DNA of 64,000 bases from Amoebidium appalachense (GCA_963693365.1 CAVNZM010000002.1:13983615-14047614); one strand, 5' to 3'; shown: positions 1 to 13,534, counted from the first letter of the stretch. Translations and numbers: made by a program. The notes: generated by a model not told the origin, from the sequence alone.

Positions 1-174
1 TAACCCATACACCCACCTTTCCATATTGCAGAGTCTTTCTTCTGTTGTCTGCTACCTCCTTGGTTCTTGTCTTAGACTGAATATCGGGTTAGGCACTCAC
101 CCCTCATCCCTCTGCCGTTGTTGCAACTCATGTTTATTCGGTTTCTTCGTTGCCGTGTGCCCAATTTTCTTGGT

Positions 175-1197
<1,023 letters not shown>

Positions 1198-1739
1198 AAC
1201 CTCTGTATGCGCGCGTGCGTGTGCGCACGCTGGTGCACGTGCGTGTGCGTGTGCACATGTGTGCCTGTGCGTGCCGTGTGCTTGTGTGTGTGTTGTGATC
1301 TTTCCATCTCTCAACCTTCCAAATAATTCAACGGTTATTGAGGCGGGTACCAGCCACAGGATGGCTACCAATGCTGCACGTACCTAGCCTGTACCACAGG
1401 CATGGCACAACTAGTGTGCGGTTTCTTTTTCTTTTCTACCCTTTCTTTTTTCTACCCTTTTTGAGTGTGTGTGTTTGTGTGTGTGCGCGTGCGCGCGCAT
1501 GTGTTTAAGTATGTGTGTGTATGTGTGTGTGTGTGTGGGTGTGTGTGTGCACATGAGTGTGCTTGCATTATCTGACAGCGAAGTATGGAGATTTACCACC
1601 CAGAATCAAGTTATGACTTATTTTTAAGGCAAACCCGTATAACATGATCCCGAATTTGTTTTACTGTAAAGTACATGAGTAGGTGCTCCCGTGCACACAC
1701 AAGAACATGCGCGCACGCGCGTCCGCGCACGCGCGCGCG

Positions 1740-1839
<100 letters not shown>

Positions 1840-2249
1840 GTGCACACCCACACACACACACTGTGACACACACCGTCCACATTTGAATGACTCTGAGGCA
1901 ATCGTTAGCTTTATCACCATTGAAAGTTTATTTTTACTCGGCTGTTTTGTCGGACATGTGGAATTAAGAACAGTGCAACCACAGTACACAGTGGATAGTT
2001 GAAGTAAACATTGAATCATGACTTATGTACATGACAATATATCACAGTACTAGTATCTCATTATCTCAATTTTAGTTAAACAAAATGTAGCCTACTGCAA
2101 ACAGTAAATACTAGTAGACCTAGAAACTTTATCTCACACCGCGTATCTATGAGCGGTTACTGAGATATATTGTTTATTGAGGCCCTATGCATACATACAA
2201 ACAATAGTATCGTAGCAGTACTAATATCCGGAACAGCGCCATATACTTG

Positions 2250-3683
2250 CTAGGCTTTAATGCTGCTATTATAACTGGTGTCGTTGTCAGCCCTTAGGCC
2301 TTTTCTTCCCTTCACCGCCTGCCATCCAACGACAGCAGCAACAAGCAGCACGACCACCAGGTTGGCCACAAGCAGTGCGAGGGTCACCCACTCGAGGGTA
2401 GATGGGTTTGATGCCACTGCACCAGCACCGTTCACAGGGGTGGGCTGAGCAAGAAGTGCATAGTGGCCCTTGGGGGCAAAGGGCAGGTGCATGTCGGTGT
2501 TGAGAGGCACGGAGGGCCGAGAACGGTCGTCGTCATAGAGGGCCAAATCCGCAAGGTCGATCTCGATGAGGTTGGGCCGGGCAGTCAGGCGGTAGTAGTA
2601 CTTTCTGCTGGTGTGGTCGCGAATAACGGTCCACCACGTGGTGCCGCGGTACGTGTCGAAGTCGTAGCCGCCCATGGCACGACTGACCCGCCCAACCATG
2701 AGCTGCGCCTCGGCCACCGCGTCCACATTTCTGTCGGGGTTGACGAAGGAGGGAGTCTTTCCAGCAGCCGACTGCTCGAAGACACTGCCCGTCCAGTTAA
2801 GCCACTGGTTGCCTGCCCGGCGTGCTGTCTCCTGCAGCACCACAAGATGCACAAAGCGGTCGGCAGACTCGAAGGAGCCCGCTTGTGTTTGTGCCTTCTG
2901 CAACACCTCGCGTGGGGCATCTGTCACGGCGGAAATGTTTGTGGTGTGCAGCCGGCTGTTTGCTTGCTGCAGCTGCTGCTCCCAGAACGGGTTGTTGGTG
3001 AAGACGGCAGGCTCATTGTCATAGACGCAAATGCGTGCTCCGGCTTCGGGTCGAGTTTTCACGTCACGAGCAAAGCACTCAGGTGCAAGGGCGCTTGCGT
3101 CGTTGGGAACAAACTCCACGTTCAAAGTGCGGCCGTTCACATCGTGCACCACCCAGTGAAGACTCAAGGAGCCCCCCAGAACATTGAGGGCCGGGTGCGT
3201 GGCATCCACTACCTGCCACCGTTCAAGCTCCTCGCGCGCACAGTCGACGTCCGCACACATGCCAAGAATGTAGGCGGGCATGCTGTACACGGGCATGATG
3301 GGGCGAGGGTCGGCTGGAGTGTACAGGGGATACTTGGCAATGCGGTGAGCAAGCGTTCCTATGGAGAGTCCTGCTTCGTTCATGCCATCCACGACGACTT
3401 CTTCGTCCAGGGCGTTGATAAATACGGCGCCGTACTTTGCAGATACGGGGGTAAGGGGGCAATCCTCACAGCCCTTGGGCTTCAAGTCCTCCCATATGTC
3501 GTGGCCGCGTCCAAATGACTCCAGCTTGAAATCGAGGTCAGGTATCCCCCAGTCCATTGTGCGAGCTGAAACCGCCTGGCCGAACGAGGAAACGCGATGG
3601 CGGAGCAAGACATCACTGCATGCATGCGCACTGGCCGCTGCAAGCACCATGAGGGGAAGGCTGTTCATGCTGGAAAGAGGCAT
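2250..3683 (-). CDS. Choloylglycine hydrolase / penicillin V acylase family (Ntn) hydrolase with signal peptide and C-terminal transmembrane anchor
   Basis: Intronless ORF. A signal-like LPLMVLAAASAHA is followed directly by Cys (codon 3620-3618). Family motifs: ARTMDW, DGMNEAGL, LHWVVHD..GR..NVEF, FTNNP, SADRF, TWWTVIRD...YYYR. Hydrophobic WVTLALLVANLVVVLLVAAVVGW is followed by basic KGRKG. ATG 3683 is preferred to the track's 3827 because a TATA box lies between them. Confidence 0.88.
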   Translation of the reverse strand: MPLSSMNSLPLMVLAAASAHACSDVLLRHRVSSFGQAVSARTMDWGIPDLDFKLESFGRGHDIWEDLKPKGCEDCPLTPVSAKYGAVFINALDEEVVVDGMNEAGLSIGTLAHRIAKYPLYTPADPRPIMPVYSMPAYILGMCADVDCAREELERWQVVDATHPALNVLGGSLSLHWVVHDVNGRTLNVEFVPNDASALAPECFARDVKTRPEAGARICVYDNEPAVFTNNPFWEQQLQQANSRLHTTNISAVTDAPREVLQKAQTQAGSFESADRFVHLVVLQETARRAGNQWLNWTGSVFEQSAAGKTPSFVNPDRNVDAVAEAQLMVGRVSRAMGGYDFDTYRGTTWWTVIRDHTSRKYYYRLTARPNLIEIDLADLALYDDDRSRPSVPLNTDMHLPFAPKGHYALLAQPTPVNGAGAVASNPSTLEWVTLALLVANLVVVLLVAAVVGWQAVKGRKGLRADNDTSYNSSIKA

Positions 3684-3796
3684 TATAAAAAGATTGTCAA
3701 CGAATTTTAATGTGCTTCCGACAATGATTACAATAGTCGCGTTTGACGTGGTGTGGCAACTGATGTGTTCTGTCTGACTGAGCGTGCCCGACTTGA

Positions 3797-3836
3797 TTAT
3801 ATAGTTATTGCGTTTCCTGTGAATCATTTTGATTGG
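3797..3836 (-). promoter_or_regulatory. CCAAT box + TATA box upstream of the Ntn hydrolase
   Basis: On the minus strand, CCAAT (3836-3832) is followed by TATATAA (3803-3797), about 115 nt before ATG 3683. Confidence 0.5.
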
Positions 3837-4208
3837 CTAACGATAATTTTATCGTTGGATCACCAAATTCCTGTCATCTGAGAAGGTATGCACCACGTAA
3901 ACCTGCTTCGAGCGACCTCTGACACGGCCCTCTGAAAAAAAGAGCAAAACAGAGGAAAAGGGAGGCGAAGGGAGGAAGAAGGGAAAGAAAGGTGAAAACA
4001 AAACAACCACGGCGGAACCACCCACCGTCGAGTGGGAGATGGAGGGAAACGATGACGAGCTGGTGGCTGCACTGGAGGCAGCAGAGGCGGAGTACGATTG
4101 GATGGTAGAGGCGTATTTGGAGGAAGCAGAGCTCTAGCGGCTTTGTCAGTGTTTTCTAACCCTCTTTCTTTTCTTTTTTTGCAAGTAGGTAGAGGTGTGA
4201 GGGTTTGC

Positions 4209-4250
<42 letters not shown>

Positions 4251-4859
4251 CTACACAGTGTTTATTGGTTGGTGGTTAGTGTTGCAGGACATAGACGTTC
4301 TAATACTTAACATACAGGTAGTATTATGTTACCTAGTGGATAGAAACACCTTTGAGAGAATATACGCAAAGAAGAGTTCTAGTTTTGTAGCAGATCTTTG
4401 CTCACGGCCGTGTTTGTGTAAACGTGTTGCTGAACTGCTCAACAGATATAACTATACTGAGACTCAGCTACACTATTATGTACACTATGCCAAAACTTTG
4501 TGCTATAGGGCTTGCGCATATTACTCTAAGACAAAAAAACGCCCTAGAATATAGGAAGCACTTCATAAACTTTTGTCGTTTTTTTTTCTTCCTTCCGTTT
4601 TCCTTCATAATCTGCGCACTGATAGTAGTTTGCTAGCGAATCCAGTGGATCGAAATACCAATGGGGGTTTACGCTGTTTACTCGAGGCAAAGAGAACCAG
4701 TCTCAGGTATGGGGGGGGGGGTTTTGCTCGGAATATCCCCTCAGCGGTATATCATGATCACGTACATAGATGTCGGGTGGTGACTATATATCAGGGTTTA
4801 CTTTCTCTACGAGACACCATAAAGACTACAAGGAGAAATCAATTAGTTGGGGTTCCCCG

Positions 4860-4921
4860 TTTTTTTTTTTTTTTTTTTTTTTTTTAAAGGGGCTCCCCTC
4901 GGGACACTCGGTATCAGCTGG

Positions 4922-4994
<73 letters not shown>

Positions 4995-7690
4995 TGCGCT
5001 ATAATTTTGTAGTGATGTGTTTCTCAAGCCAATCAATACATCTAATAAACAGGTCGTAGTTACGCGTGTTTAGTATAAAATCAAGGATGTTGTAATTTAC
5101 AGGTAGGCTATCTTTCTGGGTGTCTGTTGTGAATGTGACGTGTGTGTGTTGCGGTATTATGTGGTCTATCAAACTACATTTGGCGATACATGACCGGTTA
5201 AACTGGTGTGTGTGTGTGTTGTTTGGGCATGCAAATGATGCCACCTTATACTTATTAGATCTCCACTGTATAGCACGTGTACAGTAAAAGCGTGGTAATT
5301 GATCAATAATACCATCAGCTAGAGAAAGACCAGTTCTACAGGAAGGTAATATGTATTTAGGTGTTATACACTTGCGAGTGCCATATTTGGCAATATGGTT
5401 GAGGCGGTCAGTATATATAAAACGAGACATAAGGCTTAGTTTTTCAAGGTGTATGCTTTCATCGGGTCTAGTGTCGTTTGGTATCTTTTTCCATTTGTTA
5501 TATTGCGTGATTATCTTGTGATTGTGTACATGTTTAATAAGTAAGTGGCAGTCCAAAGTCACACACACACTATTGCGGGGTTTATTTGTATTTGTGCCCA
5601 GGGGAGAAGGGGAGAGAGAGGGGAGGAAAGAGGGGAGAGGTGAGGAGGGGACAGGTCGGATAGAGAAGAGAGGGTGGGAGGGCAAATACTTCTTTAAGCG
5701 GCTTATGTGCTTATTGAATTTCAGCGCGAGATAGGATACTCTAGCAGCTATTGGGACCAGACCATATATCGAGAGCGTTACAGGCCCAGGTTTACAACAG
5801 TTGTTAGATAGAAAGGAGGCAACTTCTGCTTCAAGGAAATTTGCCAAGGGTTTAAGCGCTCTAGTTCTCTCTTTCTTGATCCAAGCGGCGAGAAGGGGTA
5901 AACCATATTCACATGCCGGGAAGACAAAAGTGCGAATAAATGTAAGTCTAATAGAAGGATGGAGGGGTGTGTCTTTAAAAATATTAGCCGAGAAGAAAGC
6001 TAACCGCTTACGAGCCAACTCTACCCTCTTTTCGACCATATGGGGAAACATAACACCAACAGAATCAACCGGAACACCAAGATATTTGTATTCTGGAACT
6101 ATAGGTACAGGTTTAGATGATAATGTAAATGTGTGTAAATTGTTAGCTATATCAGGTACAAGAACACCACATTTGTCTATGTTAAGGATCATAAGGTTTG
6201 CCTTGCACCACTCTGACACTACATCGAACAATCTTTGCAGGCGTCTAGGGGTACGGGCAAGGAGGGACAGATCATCAGCATAGAGAAGTGCAGGCGGAAA
6301 GTTATTAATAGGGTCATCGTTTTCGGCGTAAATCTTGACAGCCAAATCATCTATAAATAGGTTAAACAAAAAGGGGCTAAGCAATGAGCCCTGCAAGAGA
6401 CCTCTAGTACGAGCAAAACCATATGAAAGATGCCCATTAACCACAGCTCTACCATAGGTTTGAGACAAGAGTGCTTCTAACAGAACACCAATGCAGTGTG
6501 GTACACCCCGTGCAGCAAGCTTTTCCCATAGGAGACCAGGGGAGACAGAATCGTAAGCAGTTTTCCAATCAATAAAGCCAACATATTGTGCACCAACTTG
6601 CATAGAATCGTGCAGTGCCATTATTTGAACATAACATGAATTGTTTTTACGAAAAGCGGATTGGCATGGGTGTATGTGAAGAATAGATTGAAACCTAGGG
6701 TGATGTGCAAATAACCTAAGTAAGCAAGCTTCAAAGAATCTACGAACAACCTGGGTTAGTGTAATGGGGCGAAAGGATGATATGGGGCCCTCAGAGTCCT
6801 TCTTAACTATGGGGATCACTAAGGTATCTAACCAAGATGACGGGACATGTCCACATTTAACACACCAAGAAAAGAGAGAGCTTAACATGATAGTAAGATC
6901 AGGTTTAATAGCACGATCACTTTCCTTTTGTGGGTAGGAGGGAACAAGGATTTTAAGAAACCCAGCAGGGAGTCCATCAGGTCCACAAGACTTACTAGAG
7001 CTATAACTAGATATCACAGACCATATGGCATCGGGACTGAAAAAGGGGAGGATCGATTCTATGGGGATAGATGGGTCTACAGGCCACACAATAGGTTTCT
7101 GAGCGGGGGTCCTATCTTTAAACAGTTCCGAGAAATACTTATCAGAGTCTATGAGGGGGTCTCCAGTGGTATCACCAATAATACGAGCAGGGGGGCCAAA
7201 TCGATTCATACTAGCAAGCCGGCGCAAGCTTTCCTTTTGAGACAGGGGTTCACCTAGTCTAGCGGGAGTGGTGTTTGGTAACAAGAGAGCATCGGGATAT
7301 TCCTTCCTACCACCGCCAGCATAATCACCGAGATCTATCAAATCATCAACAATAAAGTTAGTGCATGTATCTAGTACGAGATGTGAATCTGGCCTGGCTT
7401 GTGCAGATTCTAATAGGCGCATATATATAGGGTGTTTCGTAGCATAGCATACACATACATCAACTCTACCCCACTGTGACTTAAGCTGGGATAGACGGAG
7501 GCGAAAGGTGGGAGGGGGAGGGGGGAGCAGATCAAGGGAGATCTTAGGTAGGAAAAGGATAGGAGAGTGGTCAGATGACCTAGAGAGGTTAGGAGGGAGA
7601 GAGAGTTTTGACATGGTTGATGGCCAAAAGGCCACTCCCCAGTCGGTGTTGTGGGCATGGGATATTTGAGGGAACCGCAAAGTGTGACTT
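4860..7690 (-). mobile_element. Non-LTR retrotransposon (LINE), 5'-truncated, with (CA)n 3' UTR and poly(A) tail
   Basis: RT ORF, then (CA)~34 (4922-4990), ~35 nt of unique sequence and A26 (T-run 4860-4885). Only the terminal SDHSP motif of an APE endonuclease remains at the 5' end. No TSD recognised. Confidence 0.9.
4999..7680 (-). CDS. Non-LTR reverse transcriptase ORF2 (endonuclease C-terminus, RT, C-terminal Cys/His motif)
   Basis: Uninterrupted 893 codons with KSCGPDG, FRPITL, QSAFR, FIDWKTAYDSV, RGLLQGSLLSPFLFNLFIDDL, LYADD, NIDKC, YKYLG, and C-terminal CP..H.FNRSC..C. Confidence 0.92.
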   Translation of the reverse strand: MRFPQISHAHNTDWGVAFWPSTMSKLSLPPNLSRSSDHSPILFLPKISLDLLPPPPPTFRLRLSQLKSQWGRVDVCVCYATKHPIYMRLLESAQARPDSHLVLDTCTNFIVDDLIDLGDYAGGGRKEYPDALLLPNTTPARLGEPLSQKESLRRLASMNRFGPPARIIGDTTGDPLIDSDKYFSELFKDRTPAQKPIVWPVDPSIPIESILPFFSPDAIWSVISSYSSSKSCGPDGLPAGFLKILVPSYPQKESDRAIKPDLTIMLSSLFSWCVKCGHVPSSWLDTLVIPIVKKDSEGPISSFRPITLTQVVRRFFEACLLRLFAHHPRFQSILHIHPCQSAFRKNNSCYVQIMALHDSMQVGAQYVGFIDWKTAYDSVSPGLLWEKLAARGVPHCIGVLLEALLSQTYGRAVVNGHLSYGFARTRGLLQGSLLSPFLFNLFIDDLAVKIYAENDDPINNFPPALLYADDLSLLARTPRRLQRLFDVVSEWCKANLMILNIDKCGVLVPDIANNLHTFTLSSKPVPIVPEYKYLGVPVDSVGVMFPHMVEKRVELARKRLAFFSANIFKDTPLHPSIRLTFIRTFVFPACEYGLPLLAAWIKKERTRALKPLANFLEAEVASFLSNNCCKPGPVTLSIYGLVPIAARVSYLALKFNKHISRLKKYLPSHPLFSIRPVPSSPLPSFLPSLSPSPLGTNTNKPRNSVCVTLDCHLLIKHVHNHKIITQYNKWKKIPNDTRPDESIHLEKLSLMSRFIYTDRLNHIAKYGTRKCITPKYILPSCRTGLSLADGIIDQLPRFYCTRAIQWRSNKYKVASFACPNNTHTHQFNRSCIAKCSLIDHIIPQHTHVTFTTDTQKDSLPVNYNILDFILNTRNYDLFIRCIDWLEKHITTKL

Positions 7691-8092
7691 TGGACATACC
7701 TTGCTCTTTTGACCCCGTTCTGCGGCCAGGCCGTCTTTTTTTCAGAGGGCCGTGGAGCGACCTCTCTGGTACGTGTAAATCATCAAGAAACGAAACACGG
7801 GCCAGTGTTTTTTCCTAAATTAGGTTCTGTACACTGTATTTAATTAATTTTAGGTAGAGCATATATTTGTTCTTTTTATCGATTCCAGCTGTACAGTTAT
7901 ACAATTATGCACTACGGCTGTGAATTGTGAAAACCGATTAGAATGCTATTGGATAACCTTTTAAACAAACTCAGACAATCGGAAATTTGACAAGATTGTC
8001 CAATCATCGCGCTGCTTGACATCGATTGGGCGTGACTTCACCGCGGCAGGAGGACGTACGTCTCTCGAGTCTCCCTCCCTCCCCCCCCCCCC

Positions 8093-8123
<31 letters not shown>

Positions 8124-8790
8124 ACGCATACACGTGTACACACACACACCGCACACACACACATGCACTGCACACACACTGCGCAAGCGAACACACTCTC
8201 TCCCCTCTCGTTCTCTATCTTCCTGTCTCTCCCCCTAGGCCTCTGCCTCCCCCTCTGCCTCTCCCTCCTAGTCCCTCTGAGACTCCCTCTCCGTCCCCTC
8301 CCCCCTCCCCACCCTTTCTCTCTCCCTCCTCTATCTCCCCCCCCCCCCCCCCCCTCGATCTCCCTCTCCTTCTCCCTCTCCTTCTCCCTCTCCTTCTCCC
8401 TCTCCCTCTCCCTCTCCCGGGGGAGGCCCCCCCCCCCCTCTCTCTTTCCCTCTTTCTCTCTTTCTCTCCCCCCCTCCCCCTCCCCTCCCCTCTCTCTCTT
8501 TCTTCTCTTTTGTTCTTTATCTCTCTTGCCAACCCTCCCCCCGGGGCCCCCTTTCCCCCCCGGGCCCCTTCTCCTTCTCTCCCCCTGACCTCTCACGGGA
8601 TCATCGCACTTTATTGGCCGCTCCCTCCGGCCAATCCGGAAACACACAATGTGTCCCATATGCATGATATATGTACATCATACAGACGAGAGCCACCCCT
8701 TATTAATGGTACCTACTACACGGCCACGGCCGCTAAAGGCACACACCTTACAGACACAGTATCTAAGACAACTCAAAAAAAAAAAAAAAA

Positions 8791-8826
<36 letters not shown>

Positions 8827-8894
8827 AATTTAAAAAGAAAAAAGAAAAGAAAAGGAAGAGAGAAATAAAGAAAGGAAGAAAGAAAAGGAGTTAA

Positions 8895-9975
8895 TTAACC
8901 AGGTTGGGAGGGTGATTGTATTACGTCACGGTGTGTGACGTGAGCGCGCTGGTATTGGAAACAAAGTTGGGCAATGAGAAGTTTACCCGTGTTAAGAAAG
9001 AATTCAATGATGGTAAAGTATTGTGCAGGGTGACGAGAAATGGATAGGTGGGTGAGGAGTGTGGAAGAAAAGGAGGCCAGGGTGGCTAACGGAACAAAGG
9101 GGAACACAATACACCGGCCCACACAGCTACGGCACCAAGGGTGTGACCCACTAGGGCACCACCGTCTAGGAAGCATCAGGAACCGATTACCACACCTTTG
9201 AAGAGACCACTGTGCTAGTAAACCACTAGGGAAACCCACGATACTATCGGCTAGAGACCGTTTTTCACGGCATGTGGAGCCAACATACTGCACTAACGGT
9301 TTGTGTATGCGGGTGCTTGCGTTAAATGTGGTGGATATGCGTGCTTTGTGTTGTGCGTGTAAAAAGCGGTCCGTGCGTGTGTGTAGGAGGGGAGTGTCGT
9401 GAAGGTTGGGATGGGGTGGGAGTGTAGTGCAGTAAGTCTTAAAGGCACGAAGCAGAGAGATTTTGGAGGGATTAGGGAAAAGGTGGAGGTCATGGGGGCG
9501 GGGGAGTGAGAAGTGGTGACGGAACAGTGGGTGATTGGGTGCACTAGTACTGCGTTGTAGGCGTTTGATGTGAAAGTAGAAGCGAAGTGCGAGTGTGTTC
9601 ATGCGATGTGTGGGTTGTGTGAGTGCAAAGATACAATCAAATAACCGATATATGGGAAGGGGGTACCACTACCAACTAAAAACTTATTAACCTCCCCATA
9701 CTGAAAAGAAATTAAATGTTTAAGTGCTTCCTGATATACGACGGCAGGGGCTAAGGCTAAAAGGGGCAAACCATATTCACATAAAGGACGAACAAAAACT
9801 TTGAAGAGCTTAAGTCGACTAGAGGGGTGGATGACTCCTATGACAGACAGGTGGTTGATTCTATACCAATTTAGACATTTTTTGGCTTTGGAAACACGGG
9901 AGGAAACCATATCATTGAACATAATACCATCATAGGACATGGGGATACCTAGATACTTATATTCCGATTCACGAT
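8895..9975 (-). pseudogene. Decayed 3' fragment of a related LINE RT
   Basis: EYKYLGIP, IHPSSRLKLFKVFVRPLCEYGLPLLA, CREKRSLADSI and FTIIEFFLNTG match the C-terminal half of 4999-7680. Frameshifted near 9600-9650. Followed by a (TTTC)n/T-rich tract (8776-8890). Confidence 0.85.
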
Positions 9976-10567
9976 CTCTCTGGTTATAAGCAAGACGTTA
10001 TCACCTGCCTGGGTCACAAGAACAGGTATTCATAGTACCGAGTTTTTAATCAATACTGAACCATGTTGTACATATGTCACACTTATATATTTCAATAAGA
10101 GTATGAGTTCAAAGCTATGAATAGTTTTCATGATTCCAATCAATACAAAACCGAGGTAGGTCACGGATCTGTCAGGTCAATGGCACATCCAACATAAAAA
10201 ATGAAAAAAATTCAATCACAAAACACAAGTTCAGGCCCGACACGGTTACTAATCAAAAAAACACTTAAGTCAGACTTGCATTGCCCCAGTTACATATGTG
10301 TCGACATGATCAGGCCCAGCCCCCCCCGCATGATGTATGTACACCGTGAAAATAGAATGATATCATAAGGCCATTCACCATATATGGGTATCTGTTACCT
10401 AACAGAGCCTCAGGCACCTAACTGTAACTGTGATAAGAGAAAATAAAATAAAATCCAATTGAGTACTAAAACTATCAAATAAAAATTAAAAATAGCCACT
10501 CCCTCTTATACAATTATCATCATGATTAGCTGACAAAGGGTCACCGCAGCACTCACGCTGACCACTC

Positions 10568-11301
10568 TCAACGTTTGTAGGCGACCGGCGAATTTCTCAG
10601 TGACACCCCCTTCACCGTTTTCTTCATGTCTTTGGCTGAAACGGTGGCAGGAGACCCCACCGACCCAGAACTCGAAGAAGAAGAAGAGGAAGAGCACATT
10701 CTCGCCCAATCCAACCTTTGATCTCTGGTCGATTCCGGCTCCGTATTCGCACGCGTCATATGACTCTGCGAATGTAGTTCCTGTCCACACTCAATGAAGT
10801 ACATAAGCTCATCCGCCGATTGGCTTGCAAATCGGCTGCTGCTGTTGCCAAACCGATTTTTCTGCCTCGCCTCCCTTCCCCTCCTCCGCCCGGCTTGCGG
10901 CGACATTGCCAACCGGCCCCTCCCAAACTCGATTCCAACCGGATCCCATACGAACCAGTTGTGCTCTCTCCCGACGAATTCTGCTCAGTACTGAAAGTAG
11001 TCTCGAGCGGCCCGGAGGTGGGTGAAAAATTTCTGAAACCACCAGGTGAGGTCGGGGTGCGCGGTGATAACCGGAGGGACCGCAGTGATCCGATAGGGGT
11101 TGATGCAGGCAGGCGATTTCATGGTTTCCGAGTCTGTGCTTCGGATGGAGGAGATGGAACGCATGCGTGTGGCGTCGAGCTTTGAATCTCTCTCCTGGTC
11201 CCTGGCTGCAAGCATTGCGCTCCTGCGGCAGGCCGTACCAGGTGGGTGAAGTACCTTACAGTGCTTGCACTGCTTGGCGCTCTTCTCGAGCTTTAGTTGC
11301 A
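10568..11301 (-). other. Unidentified coding-like block with a CCHC-like motif and one in-frame TGA
   Basis: Track ORFs 10985-11215 and 10568-10912 share a frame and are separated only by TGA 10987-10985. The upstream extension encodes CKHCKVLHPPGTAC. Confidence 0.35.
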
Positions 11302-11457
11302 GCTGTTTACGTATGTGTACGTGCGTGTGTGTGTCAATGATTCACGGGGAACGGTGGAGGGAGGGAGAAGGAGGTACGATGCAGGGAATGACGAGAGATG
11401 ATCGGGCCGGGGGATGATTTTTTTTATTACTTTTATTTATTTATTTATTTATTTTTA

Positions 11458-11494
<37 letters not shown>

Positions 11495-11748
11495 GGGGGG
11501 GGGGGGGGGGGATGAGGAGAAAAAGGGTGGTTAGTTTGGTCCATAGCAACCGACCATTTGTGTCTTGTTGACTTGCAGCCACCATAGATAGCCGCTGGCC
11601 ACACTACTGGTTTGTTTCTTTTGTTTTTTGGGGTTTTTTGATGCCTTTGCCTTCATGTTTACCACTCTCTGCATATATTATACCCCCCCCCCCCCCCCCC
11701 CCCCCCTCCCCACATACACACACACACATACACACATACACACATACA

Positions 11749-11926
<178 letters not shown>

Positions 11927-11969
11927 AAATACATGTACACACCGTACCCATGCCGCTCCATTCTACCTT

Positions 11970-12281
11970 TATGCCTCCTGTCTATTTCACCATATCACGT
12001 TCCTTTCTTTCTCCTTCTGCCCTCTCAATCCCTGTTGCCTGTGCAAAAATCTATCCTCTATACACACTTTGTCTTCCCCCCCCTTCCCCCCCTCCCCCCC
12101 CCCCCCCCCCCCCCCCCCTCCCCCCCAACCACCACCACCACCACCACCACCACCACACACACACACACACACACACACTCAAACTTTCACAGGCCAACTG
12201 CGTGCCCCACCCAGTTAAACACACACATGACGACCATGCCCACCACTAAAATACACACACCAACGTTAACTATCCTACTCC

Positions 12282-12314
<33 letters not shown>

Positions 12315-13202
12315 CCACCACCACCACCACCACCACCACCACCCCCTTCTTCACCCACTCCTCTCCTCGCCCTCCTTGCCTTATTTATGCCTGACCTCCC
12401 CACCCCCATCCCCGCCTCCCCCCTCCCACGCGCACTCACCACACACCCTTTCCCCCAGGGAACTAACTCACTTTCAGGTAATCTCAGGTAAACCTTCTCC
12501 TCCTTGCTCTCGTCTGCTCTCCTCTCCTTGTCTATCTCGACATATCCTTCTGATTGCTCAAATTGTTTTTGGAAACACTCCCCCCCCCCCCCCCCCTCCC
12601 CCCCCCCTCCTCCCCCCCTCCCCCCCCCCCCCCCCCCCCTCACCTCACCTCCGACTGTCCTCCCTTTTCCTCCCTCGATATTCCTGAACACACCCACACG
12701 CACACACACTCACGCTCACACACCCACACAGTCTCAATCGCTCACTCGCACGGGCACACCCACACGCACACACACCTCGCACGGACTGAACTATTCATAG
12801 TCGACTCTTACATATGGTCCCCCCATACATATGCCCTTGTTTTCAACCTGCACCCACACGTGCATTTACCAACATACCACCAGAACATAACCGGTTAGCC
12901 GGACAGATGATGCCGGCACGCAAATGCTCCTAAAACACCACATACACCCCACCATGGATGCTAGTGCCAACACCCCCACACCCACACCCACAACACACAC
13001 CCTCTGCGGACACACACACAGACACATCCCTTCTCGTTTCTTTCTGCCTTTTTGAGTGTCATTACAATCCGAAGATAAGTTTCATACTGCTGTGAGTGTG
13101 TGTTTTTCAACACAAACGCAATGGCTGCCCGGTATTGTGAATGGAATAGAAGACAATGCTCCAGATTTGTGGCCAAAAGGCACAAATCCTATCTCCCCCC
13201 CC

Positions 13203-13237
<35 letters not shown>

Positions 13238-13496
13238 TTTCCCCCATCCGGTCCCCTCCCTTTCCCAGCGTGTGTGCACATATTCCCCTAGTAGTATACA
13301 CAAATCAAATACGCAGAGAAAGCCCAGAAGGTTGTCATATTATAAGGCACGTTCACAGTGCACGCCTACACACACACATCACACCAGCAACACGTACGTA
13401 CATTCTTTTATGCACACTAGCCGCCTGTTATACACACAAGGACATCCACACCGTAACACACACACACACAGTCACACTCGCACACACACGTGCCTG

Positions 13497-13534
<38 letters not shown>

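Noticed and set aside
2463-3518. 351-aa plus-strand ORF
   Set aside because: Antisense shadow of the Ntn hydrolase with no recognisable motifs.
4250-4850. Another decayed LINE 3' end on the plus strand
   Set aside because: Only faint peptide resemblance; not supportable by eye.
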